In this document: in pieces, positions 1-12,773 of the stretch
How positions within the stretch are numbered: position 1 is the first letter of the stretch
Layout: every line of letters starts with the position of its first letter
Source: Lama guanicoe
Taxonomy: Eukaryota
Assembly: GCA_013239625.1 (NCBI GenBank)
Contig: MU053588.1
Span: forward strand, 3,748,799-3,812,798
Length of the DNA: 64,000 bases
Direction of reading: 5' to 3'
Notes under the pieces: model-generated
The model's input: only the letters and a program-made list of their open reading frames with translations
Told to the model about the DNA's origin: nothing
The model's database searches: none
Position numbers and translations under genes: made by a program

Positions 1-649
1 AGGTATCTCCTTTGTAAAATTTGGAGGGCTAAATAAAAAAAAAGAACATGTTGTTGATTTTGTAGAAAACGGCATTAGTTATTATAATACATGCCTTTGG
101 CTTGGCTTGTGTAGGTGACATCAACACGGACCAGCCCTGCTTGACCCTTTTTCCTTTTCTTTCTTGGCTCTTCCAGCTGCATCTTGTCTCTGGGCAGAAG
201 CCAGACATTGTAAGCCCCAGAGTCTTTAACTCAGTCTTGGCCAGAAGTTATATAACAAAATTTCCAGCAGAAGTTTAATTACAAACTTGAAAAATATGGG
301 ACACTATTGACATAGGGTTCTTTTTAAAAGTTTGGTTTTTTTGAGGTGTAGTTGATTTATAATATTAGTTTCAGGTGACAGGGGTTTTCAGACTCTGAAA
401 AGATGAAGCTAGCCATTCCACCTTTCCAGGTAGAGAAGAGGGTGAATAATAAAGATTCATACGCCAGATTAGATAAAGTTTTAGCTAACAAAGAACTTTC
501 TCTGTTTCCATAATTACAAAGTAGAATTTTGATCTAAATCTATTTGCCAAGAAGAGAGAACTTTTTTTTTTTAAACAGTCCCAAAGACTGCTGGTTTTGT
601 TTAAAATTTTAAACAAGGAGGCCATCAAACTAGGTGACTCTGGTGCCTT

Positions 650-1108
650 AAGAAGCCTAAGTAAACCAACCAAAATTTAAGCCAGAGTTGATGAACTCGA
701 AATCTAAGAAAACGAAATGCAGGAACAACTAATTACAGTCAAGTAACCACAGGGAACTATACTGTAATAACCTTTAATGAAAAAGAATATGAAAATGAAT
801 ATATGTATATATATATTCATGACTGGGACATTACGCTGTACACCAGAAATTTACACATTGTAACTGACTATACTTCAATTAAAAAAAAAAAGTCATGTAA
901 CGAGATTTTCCCAAGTAACGCAATTGTTTAAGCTGTAGCCAATTAAATCATTGCTTTGCTTTGCTTCCATGTCTTCTCTCTAAAAACCTCTGTCCCAGCC
1001 CGCCCACAGAACATCCCTAATCATGTTGTAGTTTGGGCTGCCCCATTCACATTATTTGCTCAAATAAACTCTTCAAAATATAATGTGTCTCAGTTTGCCT
1101 TTTTACAA
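650..1108 (+). mobile_element. ERV LTR-like element (interrupted by the L1 fragment); left boundary approximate
   Basis: CCAAT box, aataaa followed by ctcttc, and a ...tttttaca terminus typical of ERV1 LTRs. Confidence 0.5.
748..890 (+). mobile_element. 5'-truncated LINE-1 3' end with poly(A), inserted into an LTR-like element
   Basis: L1 3'UTR-like sequence ending cttcaatt(a)n. Flanked by agtcaagtaac (737-747) and agtcatgtaac (891-901), an 11-bp TSD with one mismatch. Confidence 0.75.
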
Positions 1109-2437
1109 CTTATAGAACCTTCAGAATAAGAATGTGTGTTCAAGGGAAACCTCATTTGTTAAAATGTACCTTGTATGGCAGAAAAAGCACTTGATGAAAT
1201 TCAACACACATTCATTTAAAAAACTGGCAATATCAAGTATGAGCAAGGATGAGAAGCAAAGAGAACTCACATAGTGCTGAAGGGAACATAACACAGTACA
1301 AGCACTTTGGAAGAGTGTCGATTTCTATTACAGTTAAAACATATACCTACCCTAAGACCCTGCAATTCAACTCTTAGGTATTCACCCCAAAGAGATCTTA
1401 TACAGAGGCTTGTACAAGAATGCTCACGGCAGTCTTTTTCATAAGAGTCAAAAACTGGCAACAGCCCAGATGCCTGCCAACAAGGGAATGGATGAACAAA
1501 TTATGATCTACGCTTCTGGTAATACTGCTCAGCAATAAGGGGGAACAGACCGCTGACATATACACATATGGAAGAACCTCAAAAAAACAGTTCATTGAGT
1601 AAAAGAAGCCAGCCACAAAAAAAAAAAAAACACATGTTGTAAAATTCCATTTATACAAAATTCTAGGACAGGCAAAACTAGTCTGTAGTGACAGAAGAGA
1701 GATCAGTGGTGGCCTGAGCTGAGGGTGGGAGGGCTGACAGCAATGGGACATGAGGGAGTTTTCAGGGACGCTGGCAATTCTCTACGTCCTGATCTGGGGG
1801 ATGGTTGCGCAGGTGTATACATCTTGCAAAACTCTGACCTGTACATTTTCTTGTGTGTAAAATATACCTCAGTTCGAAACAATTTCTCACTGCAAGGAAA
1901 AAAATCTTGTAGGAACATGATTTATTCACTTAAAATTGTAAAATCTCTTTTTCACAGTCTGCTTCCTTTTATCCAAAAACATTCTGTTGATTAACCAGTT
2001 GACTAATGATCTCATCAATCCAGCTGGAATTAATGCAACCAGTTAAAAAAAAAAGACTGGGCCAGCTTTCAAATATTCCTTGTAGAGCAAAAGGCATCCC
2101 TGCCTGTAAATGTTTGTCACAAATGAAGCACCTGACAGAGGCTTCCCAAGCAATTCAGGATCTCAGTTTGCCGGCACATCTCTGAGAAGCTCTGGGACCC
2201 GAGGAAAGCAGTTTTGCTCATCACAAAACAAACGGGTGCCTCTGGTTCTTTACGCAACTGCGATGCAGTCTTGGCCTTGGCCCTGCTGTGTATGGCTTAC
2301 TGCCTGGGTCTGCTCTTTGTCTCTTTGTACGCTGGGCTCTTCCGGAGGGCTGAGGTCAGTGCAACTTGTCTCCACCCCAGCCTGGGGCCCAGGAGAGCCT
2401 GGGGCGGCGAGGGGGCCCCACTCAAGCCCCTGCTTAC

Positions 2438-5086
2438 CTCATAGTCTTGCTCCGCGGCCCCTCCGGCCGAGCTGCCCACCAGCACCTCCACGAAGGCCGA
2501 GCCATCGTTTCCGATGTCCACGCTGTGTATCTGCTCCTCCTTCTCCAGCTGCAGGGGAGGGAACGCGTGCCGTCAGTGCTGCTCTGCACACCCCCTGGGC
2601 TTGCTGTGGGACCTTGAAGACAGATGGCCCCCATCTGGGCAGCCACGTCTCCTTGTGATGCCAACTCAGTGACAGTGGGGGTCGAGGCTGGGTGTTCCCC
2701 TGTGTTCCCTGCATGCAGTACAAGGTGTGGCCTGGAGTCAGAGCTCGAAAATATTCACTGACTGAATGAACCCCCTTCCCTGACTCCTCCAGACTTGGCT
2801 GGACCGGCTTATAACCTGCTACCACAGAGCATTCCTTGCAGACAAAGGCACAGGTGTCACCTCCACCCCCAACCACACAGGACCCTGTGGAAGCTCCCTG
2901 AGGGCAGGGGCCTGGTTTTGCTCACCACTGATGCCTGGATTGGAATCCCAGCTCCACCACACCCTAGCTGTATGGCCTTGTCAGCTAACTTCTTGGAGCC
3001 TCAGTTTCCTCATCTGTAACATGGGGGTGATCACCATAGCGAGGATTATGCACATAAACACTGTGGCCACAGGGTGAGGCATGGAGCAGGCACTCTGCCG
3101 CTGTCAGTCAGGAGGCATTATTAGTTGATGCTTGATAATTATTTGTCAAGAGAAGAAAAGAGTGAACTGTAGGAAGTCTTCCCTCAAAGTTTCTGCCACT
3201 CCCGCATGACAGTCAAAGGCACAGAAAGCTACGTGGGGGTGGAAGGCAGTTAGGAACAGCTGAAGCAAGTCTCCTGCTTTCCAGTCTGGGGCTTTTTTAT
3301 TTGGCTCCTAGGATGACAAGTTATTTTGACCCTCAAAGGCATCTTGCCCACCACCCTACACGGTCCCCTCTGCCCTGTCACCTCCTAGTCAGGAAGTCGC
3401 CCAGACACTGCCCGCACACTGCTACGAGCAGGGACATCCCTGTAAGGGAGGAAGGAGCCTGGACCTGGGGGCAGGCAAGCCTAGGTTCAAATCCAGCCCT
3501 GCCATTTCCAAGCTGTCCAGCCCTGGGTGATGGACAACCTCTCTGAGCGACAGTTTCCTCACATGTGAAAGGGGAGGGGCATCGTAATAACCCTCCTTCT
3601 GAAGGGAGTCGAGATGACACAGAATAATAATCCCATGATCACCAGCAATTGCAGCGGACACCTAAGTGCTCATGATGTGGCAGACACATAACACCTGTGT
3701 CTTCGCTCTGTGAGACAGGAGAGAGAAAATTTTCTCTATTTTACACAGGAGCAAGTGGAGGCACGAAGCAGTTACGTAACTTCCCCAAGGGTACGCAGCT
3801 CGAGCCCAGGCAGGCTGGCTGGAGTCCCGCATGCTCCTCCACCCATCACGGGTCCTTTGGAAAGCGCCTCTTGGGGACGCCTGCTGCCCCCACCCCCGGC
3901 CGCTTCCCGCTCTGAACCCTGGGATGGCACGCGCAGTACCGCCCAGGTTCACGAGAAGTCCCAGGCTGACTACTCAGCTTCTGGCCACACTCCTCCAGCC
4001 ACACGGGCTTCCCTCTGTCCTGGCTGGCTCCTTCCCACCACAGGGCCTTTGCACCTGCTGTTCCCCTTGCCTGGCCCACTCGTCCCCCAGACCTTCCCAC
4101 AGCTGGCTCCTTCCACCATTCTGGTGTCTGCTCAGATATCACTTCTTCAGACAAACCAAAGTAGCCTCCCTCACCTCCTATCAGGTGCTCTTCTCTATCC
4201 CCTCACCCTACTTTTTCTTCATTATCACCACTTGATACTATATAGGTACACTTTTTATTTGTATTTGTCTAGCAGCTATCTCCCTCACCAGACTTTTAGC
4301 TCCATGAGGGCAGGGACCATATCTAAGTCACTCCCTAATGTGTCCCCGGTGCCGGACACCATGTCTGGTCCTTCTCAGCTCTGCTTACTTACTGTTGTTT
4401 GATTCTGGAGCAAATGGTTCCCTGTCACCCCTTGTGCCTGTTTCTTAACCTGTAAAACGGAAACAGAAACTGCTTCTACCTCATAGGTTTGTTGTGAAGA
4501 TTCAAACAAAGAATATATGCAAATCCTCTTAGAATAGTGCCTACCATAGAGCAAACACTCTGTCAATGTCAGCTGATACTACTGTCACAGAAGGCCTTCA
4601 ATACATTCCTGATGGATGGACAGATGGACGGGGAGCCCCAGTAACCATCTGTCGAAGGAACAGTGCCCCTGAGTTGTAACCTTGGCTCTGTCCTCCCTCC
4701 ATCTGTCACAAAGGGACATCACGGCTAACATTTAAAAATTCTTAAAATAATGCCATTTGCAGCAACACCGATGGACCTAGAGATGATCATACTAAGTGAA
4801 GGAAGTCAGACAGAGAAAGACAAATATTCTGTGATATCACTAATAAGTGGAATGTAAAAAAAATAGTACAAATGAACTTATTTACAAAACAGAAACAGAC
4901 TTATAGACATAGAAAACAAACTTACAGTTACTAAAGGGGAAGGGGCAGGGAGGGATAAACTGGGAGTATGAAACTAACAGATGCACACTACCATATATAA
5001 AACAGATAAACAACAAGGACTTACTGTTTACTGTTTACAATATCTTAAAACAACCTATAATGGAAAAGAACCCAAATAAAGACATG

Positions 5087-5126
<40 letters not shown>

Positions 5127-8100
5127 ACCTAATCACTTTGTTGTACACCTGAAACTAACACAATACTTTAAATCAACTATATTTCAATTAAAAAAAAATC
5201 CTCACTGTGTGCCAGGTACTAGGCATATTAGTCTCCAACTGCTGCTTTAACAAATTACCACAAACTTACTGGCTAAAAGCAACATATCTTCCAGATCTGG
5301 AGGTCAGAAGTCTGAAATGTGGCCTCGCTAGGCTGAAGTCAAGATGTCACAGGGCTCCTTCATTCCTTCTAGAGGTTCTGGGGGAGAACCATTTCCTTGT
5401 CTTGTTTCTAACTTCTAGAGGCTGCCTTTGGTTCTCAGCTGTGGCCCCTTCCTCCATCTTCAAAGCCAGCAATGACATCACTCCAACCTCTGCCTCTGTT
5501 ATCACATCTCATCTGACTCTGGTTCTCCTGCCTGCCCTCCTTCCCTCATAAGGACCTTTGTGATGACATTGCCCCCCACCCCCAATCATGTAGGCCAATC
5601 TCACCATCTCAAGATCCTCAGTTCATCACATCTGCAAAGTTCCTTTTGCCATGTAAAGGACATAATCACAGGTTCTGAGGATTAGGATGTAGACATCTTT
5701 TAGGGGGACCATTATCCTGTATACCACACTTGACTAAGCTCTCCCTGGGCCAGGCATCACTGAATCCTCACAACCACATTGGGAGGAAGGCTCTGTAACT
5801 CTCCCAGCTTTACAGATGGGAAACTGAGGCTCAGACAGGTAAATAAATAGCTCATACATCACTCTCAGCTAATGACTGGTAGAGAAATTCAGACCCTAAC
5901 TCCTTTCCAACTCCCCTATTTCAATCCTTGAGGTAAAAACTCAACATCTCTACCTCTCCCACATTATAAACCATGGGACCCTACATCTACTAGGATGTAT
6001 ATATTTGTATTTTAAATGAATAATTCTCTTTTCATATACAACAACTTCTACTTTAAACACACATATACTCTCTTGTCTTTCTTCTTTTTGATAAATAAAA
6101 AATTTCTGATAAAACATGGAAACAACCCAAATGTCCATTAGCTTATCAATGGATACACATTGTTTGGTATTTACCTACAATGGAACAGTACTTAGCTGTG
6201 AAAAGGAATAAGGCACTGATCTAAATTACAACATGGAGGAACCTCAAAAATATGAACCTAAGTGAAAGAATTCAGACACAAAAGGCCATATATCGTATGA
6301 TCTTATTTAAATGAAATGTCCAGGATAGACAAATCCATAGAGACAGAAAGTAGATCAGTAGCTGCCAAGGGCAACCTGGGGAGAGGGGAATAGGGAGGGG
6401 CAGCTTAATGGTTACTGGTTTCTTTTTGGGGTGATGAAAGTGTTCCGGATTAGAATAGTGGTGATGTTCACAGAACACTATCGGTATATTAAAAATCCCC
6501 AAATTGTATACTTTAGAAGGTTAAAATAATAAATTTTATGTAATGTGATTTTTATTTCAAGAAAAAAAGAGGTGAGTGTTCAGCAAGTATCAGCTGTTAG
6601 GAGAAGGGCTTATGCACAAGATGACTCATTTGTGGCCCAGGTTTGTGTGCGCGCCTTTCCCAGGAAGACAAAATGCGTGACTGCAAAACAAACGGAACAT
6701 GGAAGGTTTGCAAAGTCCCTGAGACGTCTTGTTAAAAAAAAAACTGTTCCACATCCATGAAAGGCAACGTTATGCACCATTTAAAAGAATAAGGTAGAAC
6801 TTGGTGCAATGACAATGGATTCCAAGATACAGTGACTTGGAAAAAAAACAAGGGAGGGAACCATGTACATACTATGTACTTTTAAAAAGGGGTGGATATG
6901 TACACTTGCATGTGGAAAGAGTGACCCGGGGGGGGCCACACAAGAAACTGCTCACAGTGGTTACCACAGGAGGGAAGACCTGGGTAGCAGAGGTCCGGAA
7001 AAAGGGCAGGAGGGAATGGAAGCAGGTGGGGAGGGGGCTTTCCTTTTCAGTGTCTACCCTCCCTTTTGTGCCTTCTAGGTTATGCACCACATACATATAA
7101 CACTCATTTGAAAAGTAAGGTTAATAAAACCACAGTGGTTATCTCCAACAATGGAATACTATCCAGAAATGAGAAAGAAACTTCTCTAGCCGCACCCAGG
7201 AAGGAGGATGAAACTAACAAACAATGCTGGGCGGGAGCAGAGCAGCCAGACATAAAAATATTCTATACTGTGTGTTTCTGTTTATGTCCAGTTCAAAACC
7301 AGGCAAAGCTAATCGATGCTGTCAAAAATCAGGGTCATGGTTACCCTCTTCAGGGAGTGGTGACAGGAAGGAGCACAAGGGGATGAGGTGAAGGTGGAGG
7401 GGGCATGTTCGGTTCCTTGATCTGGGCGTGGAGTACATGGGCTGCAGTTTGTGATGATTTGCTGGGCTGTGTGCTTGGCTGCACACAGGCGTCATGTCAG
7501 AAGAAGGTAAAACATTTAAAAACACCACGATGGGTGATGAGAAAACCACTGACAGACACTGAACATTTCTTCTAAAGAATACACCTCCAGCAGGGCACCG
7601 GAGTTACACCTGGGCTGCACCCCAGCCACCCTCTCTGGCCCAGGGGCGGTTAGCAAAGAGGTTGGAACTGCCCTCTCAGGCGCAGGCGATGCGTTGGCGA
7701 GCCTCTTTCAGTCACTGCAAGCAAAAAAAGTGTGTGGCGCTGTCACAAGCAGGGGGCTGAACCCCAGGGGGTAACATACAGATATTGTGAACTATTATTT
7801 GGAGGAAAAAATACAGGATAGGAGGAGAACCCACAGATTAGCCTATGTGTCTTGATGTCCAAAAATTTCTGCTTATCATTTGCTTGAAGAGAACCAAAAT
7901 TAGCATCCGGTGAATTTAGAGTCACCCTACATACTGGCAACTGCCGTCAGATTTTCCAAAGGGTCTCCAACATGAATTAAATTAACAACCACTACAGTGC
8001 TGCCTACACTGCGCTTGTCTCCTGCAGTTTGTTCTCAACCTGGAAACCAGAAGAGTCTGCGAGAACCTAAAGCAGATTCTGTTCCTCCTGTGCTCAGAGG

Positions 8101-11100
8101 CCTTCCATGGTTCCCATCTCGTCCAGAGTAAAAGCTTAAATCCTTACAATGGCTTTCAGGCCTTACGCATGTTGGGGGCCTTCTACCCTCTACCCCATCA
8201 GTTCCTACCTCGCTCCGCCGGCTAACTCTGCTCCACCCACACCACCTTCTTGTTGTCCCTCAAGCCCCTCAGGCACCAGTCTACCAGCCAGACACCAGCC
8301 TGCAAAACATCAGCCTGCCTCGCAGCCTGTGTTTATTCCACAGATATTCACAGAATTCACTGCTCAACGTCAGCTTCTCGGGGAGGCCTTCCCCAAGTCC
8401 CTATTTGGACAAAAACCTCTTGCCACTGCCTCTTCTCCCACTGGAGGCATTCCTCATCCCCTTAAACATGTAATTTCCTCCACAGCACTCATCCTCTGAC
8501 ACACATTTTACTTCCTGATTTGTCAATGTGCCCCTGCTAACATGAAAGCTCCACAGGACATATTTTTGCCTGGTGCTGCCCACTGGACTGTGCCCCAGTG
8601 CTGGGCCTATAGAAGGCGCATTTATAAACAAATAAACCAATGACTCCACCCACTTCTGGGTCTACAGGTCCTGTCCCTGCACTGACAACTCCTACAACTG
8701 TCTCCAGCTCCATGCTCAATTCCCAACTGCCTCCTGTATGTCACCCCTTGGATGTCCCAAAGTCACATCAAACCTGGACGTCCCAACCAACGGGTCACCT
8801 TCTCCAGCTGTCCCTTCCCTAGGTTTCCCATGTTGGTGACAGCTGCAACAGCTCCCTCAGTCCCCCAGGCCAGAGACTCCCGTGCCTGGCCTGGCCCCTC
8901 TGGCTTCCTCACTCCTCATATCCTGTCTCCTCTCTGCTCCCACTGCAACTGGGGTGGAGAACCGAATGTGATTTTCCTGATTATAAGAGAGCCCAGCAGA
9001 ATCATCGCCCAGTAATAAAAACCATGAATCCCTCCCTTTACACAAACACCTGCATGTTGACAGAACACTTTTGCAAACATTATGTCACCTAACCCTGGGC
9101 TTAGGTTGCATTATTCTCAACAGACATATGAGAAAACAGTTTCAGACAAATGAACCCATGTGCCCGAGGTCACAGAGTGAGTAAGAGGGAGAGATGGGAA
9201 CTTGAATCCAGGTCCTAAGACTAAACTGTCAGCAACCTGTTCTTCAGTTTGAAACATTGGCTCCAAGTAAGTTGTATAACCTCTCTGGGCCTAGTTTCCT
9301 CATCATAAAATGGGATAACAATAGACTCTCGGTCACGGGGTTTTTATGTGGATTCAATGAATTAAACCATGTGAACCGCTGAGAATGGTGACTGGTGGTT
9401 ACACTGTCAAATAAATCTTAGCTCTTATTATTATTACTATGTGAGAGACCTGAGAGATATTTAAACTCCTTAAATTATTCAGAAAGTCTTTTATAGGTCT
9501 GTGGATTTTTCATGGGAAGAGAATCCTCAGCTTCTCTCTAATTCTCAAAAGGATCTGTGAACCCAAAGTTTTTCAGAACCATTGGGCGAGAAAGAGACAA
9601 AAATGTTCAACACAATCATGTAAGCCTTGCTCCCAACATTCCTCCTCAAACACCCCTACATTCAGGAGGAAGGAATGTGGCCAAAATCAAGAAAGTCAAC
9701 TCACTGTATGAACACAAGGCAGTATGACAAAGTGGTTAAGAGCACCAACAGTGGGTTCCAGTCTTAGCACCGCCATTTATTAGTGGTGAAAACAGCCCCT
9801 CCTTCCTCCCGCTCCATGAAGAACCATATCACGCAGGTAAAACACCCAGGCCGCACCTGGCAAAGAACAGATACTTAAAACACACTTAGCTCTCTTCTCT
9901 CACCAGTTTCTTATGCCTGACAGGAACAGCCTGTTTGGAATTCTGTAACCATCTCTGGTCAAATAACCCTTCCCATTCTGCCTTCCTCCAACTTCATGGT
10001 CTGTGGTGCGGATTCCATAACAGCATGTACCAAAGCCCTCAGCATCCCAGAAGTGATAGCTTAGACCAGCCACTTCACTTCTCCCCCTCCCTATGCTTCA
10101 GTTTCCCCATCTTTAGAAAGAGCTATTGATCAGCTTAGATGACCTTCTGAGACAACTTCCAGCCCTGAGCCCACTGACTTTAGAAAGCAGGATACATGGC
10201 AATGATTCACTCTGTTTCAGGTGAGGAAGTGGAAGCCCAGAAAGTAGCGGCAGCCCACCCGGGCCACATGCTGACTCCTATAGTCATCCCTGGCCTAGTC
10301 CGTGGATCACCGTTCTCTTCTGCTAAGGGCCACAAGAATCACACTGCTCATTTTCCACATAAGGAAGCTGAGGCCCCAAGGGAAAGTGCCTCAGCCTCAA
10401 TCTACTGCCAGTTAACCCAAGAGCAGAGTCTGGACCCTGGGTCTCCAGACCCCTATTAAGAAGGAGAGAGGGGAAGGGCAGGATCACCTGGAGCACCACA
10501 GAGATGGTCTTCTCACCCGCCTTGGCGGCCCGCCACTTCCGGTAAGTGTCTGCCTTGAGAAGGTTTTCTGCACAGTGGGCCTGGAGAGAAGAGTGGGAAA
10601 GGGAAAGTTAGGTACAGAGATGACAGCTAGGTTCCCAGCTCCCAGATTTCTCCTTTGAGTCCTCTGAGATCCCCGAGATTTAAGTTTCCCTATTAATTCC
10701 CCCGCACTCGGCCTTGAGTCCCCTACAGCATTTTCTCCTGGAAGTTCACCTATGAGCCCTCTAAGGAAGCTCCTCTCTCTCCTATTCTCTCTAGAAGTTC
10801 CTCTATTCCACATCTCTCCCAGAATTCCCTTATGGTCTCCGAGAAATTCCCCCATGATCCTCCTCAGAATTTCACGAAGTCCCATTTGTAAAAGGAAAAT
10901 CAAAATGAAGTCGGTATGGCTAAGAGCCCTCTAAAATGGAGCCTCTGAGTAACTGTGACTCTGCAGGTCTCAGCCTGGATGGAATGTGACCTTTTGACCA
11001 CTTACTGCATTAACACAGGCATCTAGAACACCTGCTAGAAACTCAAGATACTTATCAAATACTTACCATAAGGTAACTCCTGACAGCCTATCTATTTATG

Positions 11101-11482
11101 GGACCCTTTACCCTAAAGTAACTCATGACAGCCTATTTAAAGCCAAATATTTCTTTACATGTATGAGTCAATCACAATTCTCTCCAGAAACTTTAACAAC
11201 GCTGTGGCCTTTGTCCTCAGAAGCCCGACTCTTTCTCGTTCCCAATACTCTCCGTTTTCCAGGAATCTGTGTCTCCCGAATTGCAATTCCTAAGCCCCCC
11301 AAATAAAGTTCTTTGTTCTTTGCAGCCCCACGCCGATTATTGTTCAGCACCTTTTAGACTCCCAAAGTTCTCACAGAGCCCCCTCGTGAATTCCCTTACT
11401 TCTTCCAACCTCCCCCACGCCGGTCCCTCACCGAGTCCTGGCTACTGCAGGACACTACATGGCGGAGGCGGATCTCCGGCAT
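2438..11482 (-). CDS. XRCC1: X-ray repair cross-complementing 1, coding exons 1-3 (partial; gene continues off the left edge)
   Basis: Exons 11432-11482 (MPEIRLRHVVSCSSQDS), 10488-10580 (AHCAENLLKADTYRKWRAAKAGEKTISVVLQ) and 2438-2548 (LEKEEQIHSVDIGNDGSAFVEVLVGSSAGGAAEQDYE). All introns are GT-AG and phase 0. Matches the XRCC1 N-terminal domain. Confidence 0.97.
4745..5198 (+). mobile_element. LINE-1 3' fragment containing a (CA)n microsatellite (5090-5118)
   Basis: aatgccatttgcagcaac...ggacctagag...ctaagtgaa...agtcagacagagaaagacaaata is the L1 ORF2 end/3'UTR signature; ends in an A-tail. Confidence 0.85.
5225..5728. mobile_element. MaLR LTR (MLT1-like)
   Basis: tattagt...taacaaattaccacaaactt...ggaggtcagaagtctgaaat...taccaca, the typical MLT1 pattern. 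Confidence 0.65.
6090..6570 (+). mobile_element. Old L1 (L1MB/ME-like) 3' fragment
   Basis: aaacaacccaaatgtccat...ctaagtgaaagaa...cagacacaaaaggcca motifs. A similar fragment lies at ~1220-1880. Confidence 0.65.
10940..11335 (+). mobile_element. LTR-like element in XRCC1 intron 1
   Basis: Internal short direct repeat (taactc.tgacagcctat twice) and an aataaa near the 3' end. Family not identified. Confidence 0.4.
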
Positions 11483-11800
11483 GTCAACGTCGCGGGCTTC
11501 GCCTGGCCAGAAAGATGCAGCAGAGTCTGAGTTTAGGGGGCGGGCATGGAGTGGTCCCTGCGCGGGCTTAACTGCGCAAGCGCGCGAGGCTCGGGCCTTT
11601 CAAACAGCGGCGCGCCGGAGGTCGCGTCAACACTGCGCAAGCCCAGTGCGGCTCTCCGGAGGAGGGGGAGAGGCGCCGAGTTCCCTAGCAACGAGCTCTT
11701 CCCGCCTCCCTCCGGCCAAACCTCTCTCTAGCCCCTCCTCCCGGTGACAGTCACACCATGCCTTCAGCGCGCCTAGCAACCGGAGCGGCCTCCGGGATTG
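11410..11800. promoter_or_regulatory. CpG-island promoter of XRCC1, head-to-head with PINLYP
   Basis: CpG-dense region around the XRCC1 ATG (11482). Contains a GC box (gggggcggg, ~11536), GCGC/NRF1-like repeats and an RFX X-box-like GTTCCCTAGCAAC at 11680-11692. Confidence 0.75.
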
Positions 11801-12773
11801 GTCCCCAGGAGAAATTAGCCATTCTCACCATTCTCACCACCTAAACCGAAGACCAGAAAGCAAGAGGACTGCAAACCTGAGTGAATTTTTGCAGGGAGCC
11901 TGGAGCCTACTACCACAGGATCCCCTCCACTGGTTGCTGGCTAATCCCCCACCGCCCACCACCACACACAGAAAAAAACCTCTCAAGATTACCGCCTGAG
12001 GCCAAAGGAGAGTGGGTAAAGGAGCTAAATAAAACACAAAGCATGTGCCCAAACCAGACACACACACCCAGCCTTGAGTGTTTCCAACTATGCCTCAGTT
12101 TTCCAATGTGACCTGTGGGCATCTGTCTTCTACCACGCCTGCCCCTGCCAGTTGACAGGCACCTCTCTGTTCAGTACCCGAGAGACCCAGAAGTGCATCT
12201 CAGGGTGAGGTCGGAGCCGAAGACAGCCCAAACACAGAAAAGGGAGTATGAGCCAACTGTGTGAGAAAGGGAAGGGAGACAGGTGTCCGTGCCCCCGCAG
12301 AACGAGCCTGGACATGCTGGGTGCTCCCAGGTAGGGCCCCACCCACGCTGGGCACCTCTTTGGGAAGAGAGAAGGAAAAAGGGATCTCAGTCTTTGCAAA
12401 GACTCTACCTTACAGGGAATCAAATGATTCAATTCTGAACTTGGTCTTCAGGCCAGAAAAAAAAAAAAAAAGAGGGGTAGGTGGGAAGGGGGATGGGAAT
12501 GTGAGAAAATAGGGAAATGACCTTCTGGGTCCCAATGGAAGAGCAGGCTGGAAGCCCAGACTGGGTCCCCGTGGAGGAGGGGCCTGGGCACAAGATGCCC
12601 ACGTCCCTTTTGGATTCTGGTTCCACCTCCCCAACCCAGAGCTGCCTGCTCCCAGATCTTACGTCAGCTCTTTCTCACCCTAGGGGTAAGGTGGGTCCAG
12701 ACCCACCCCCTCCTCAGCTTCCTATAAGAGTATGGGATCTGGGGATCTGGGATTGCAGGTTCGCTAGTCTATC

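Noticed and set aside
3710..4402. 230-aa ORF in XRCC1 intron 2
   Set aside because: Runs through MIR/L2-like repeat sequence, with no recognisable domain or exon structure.
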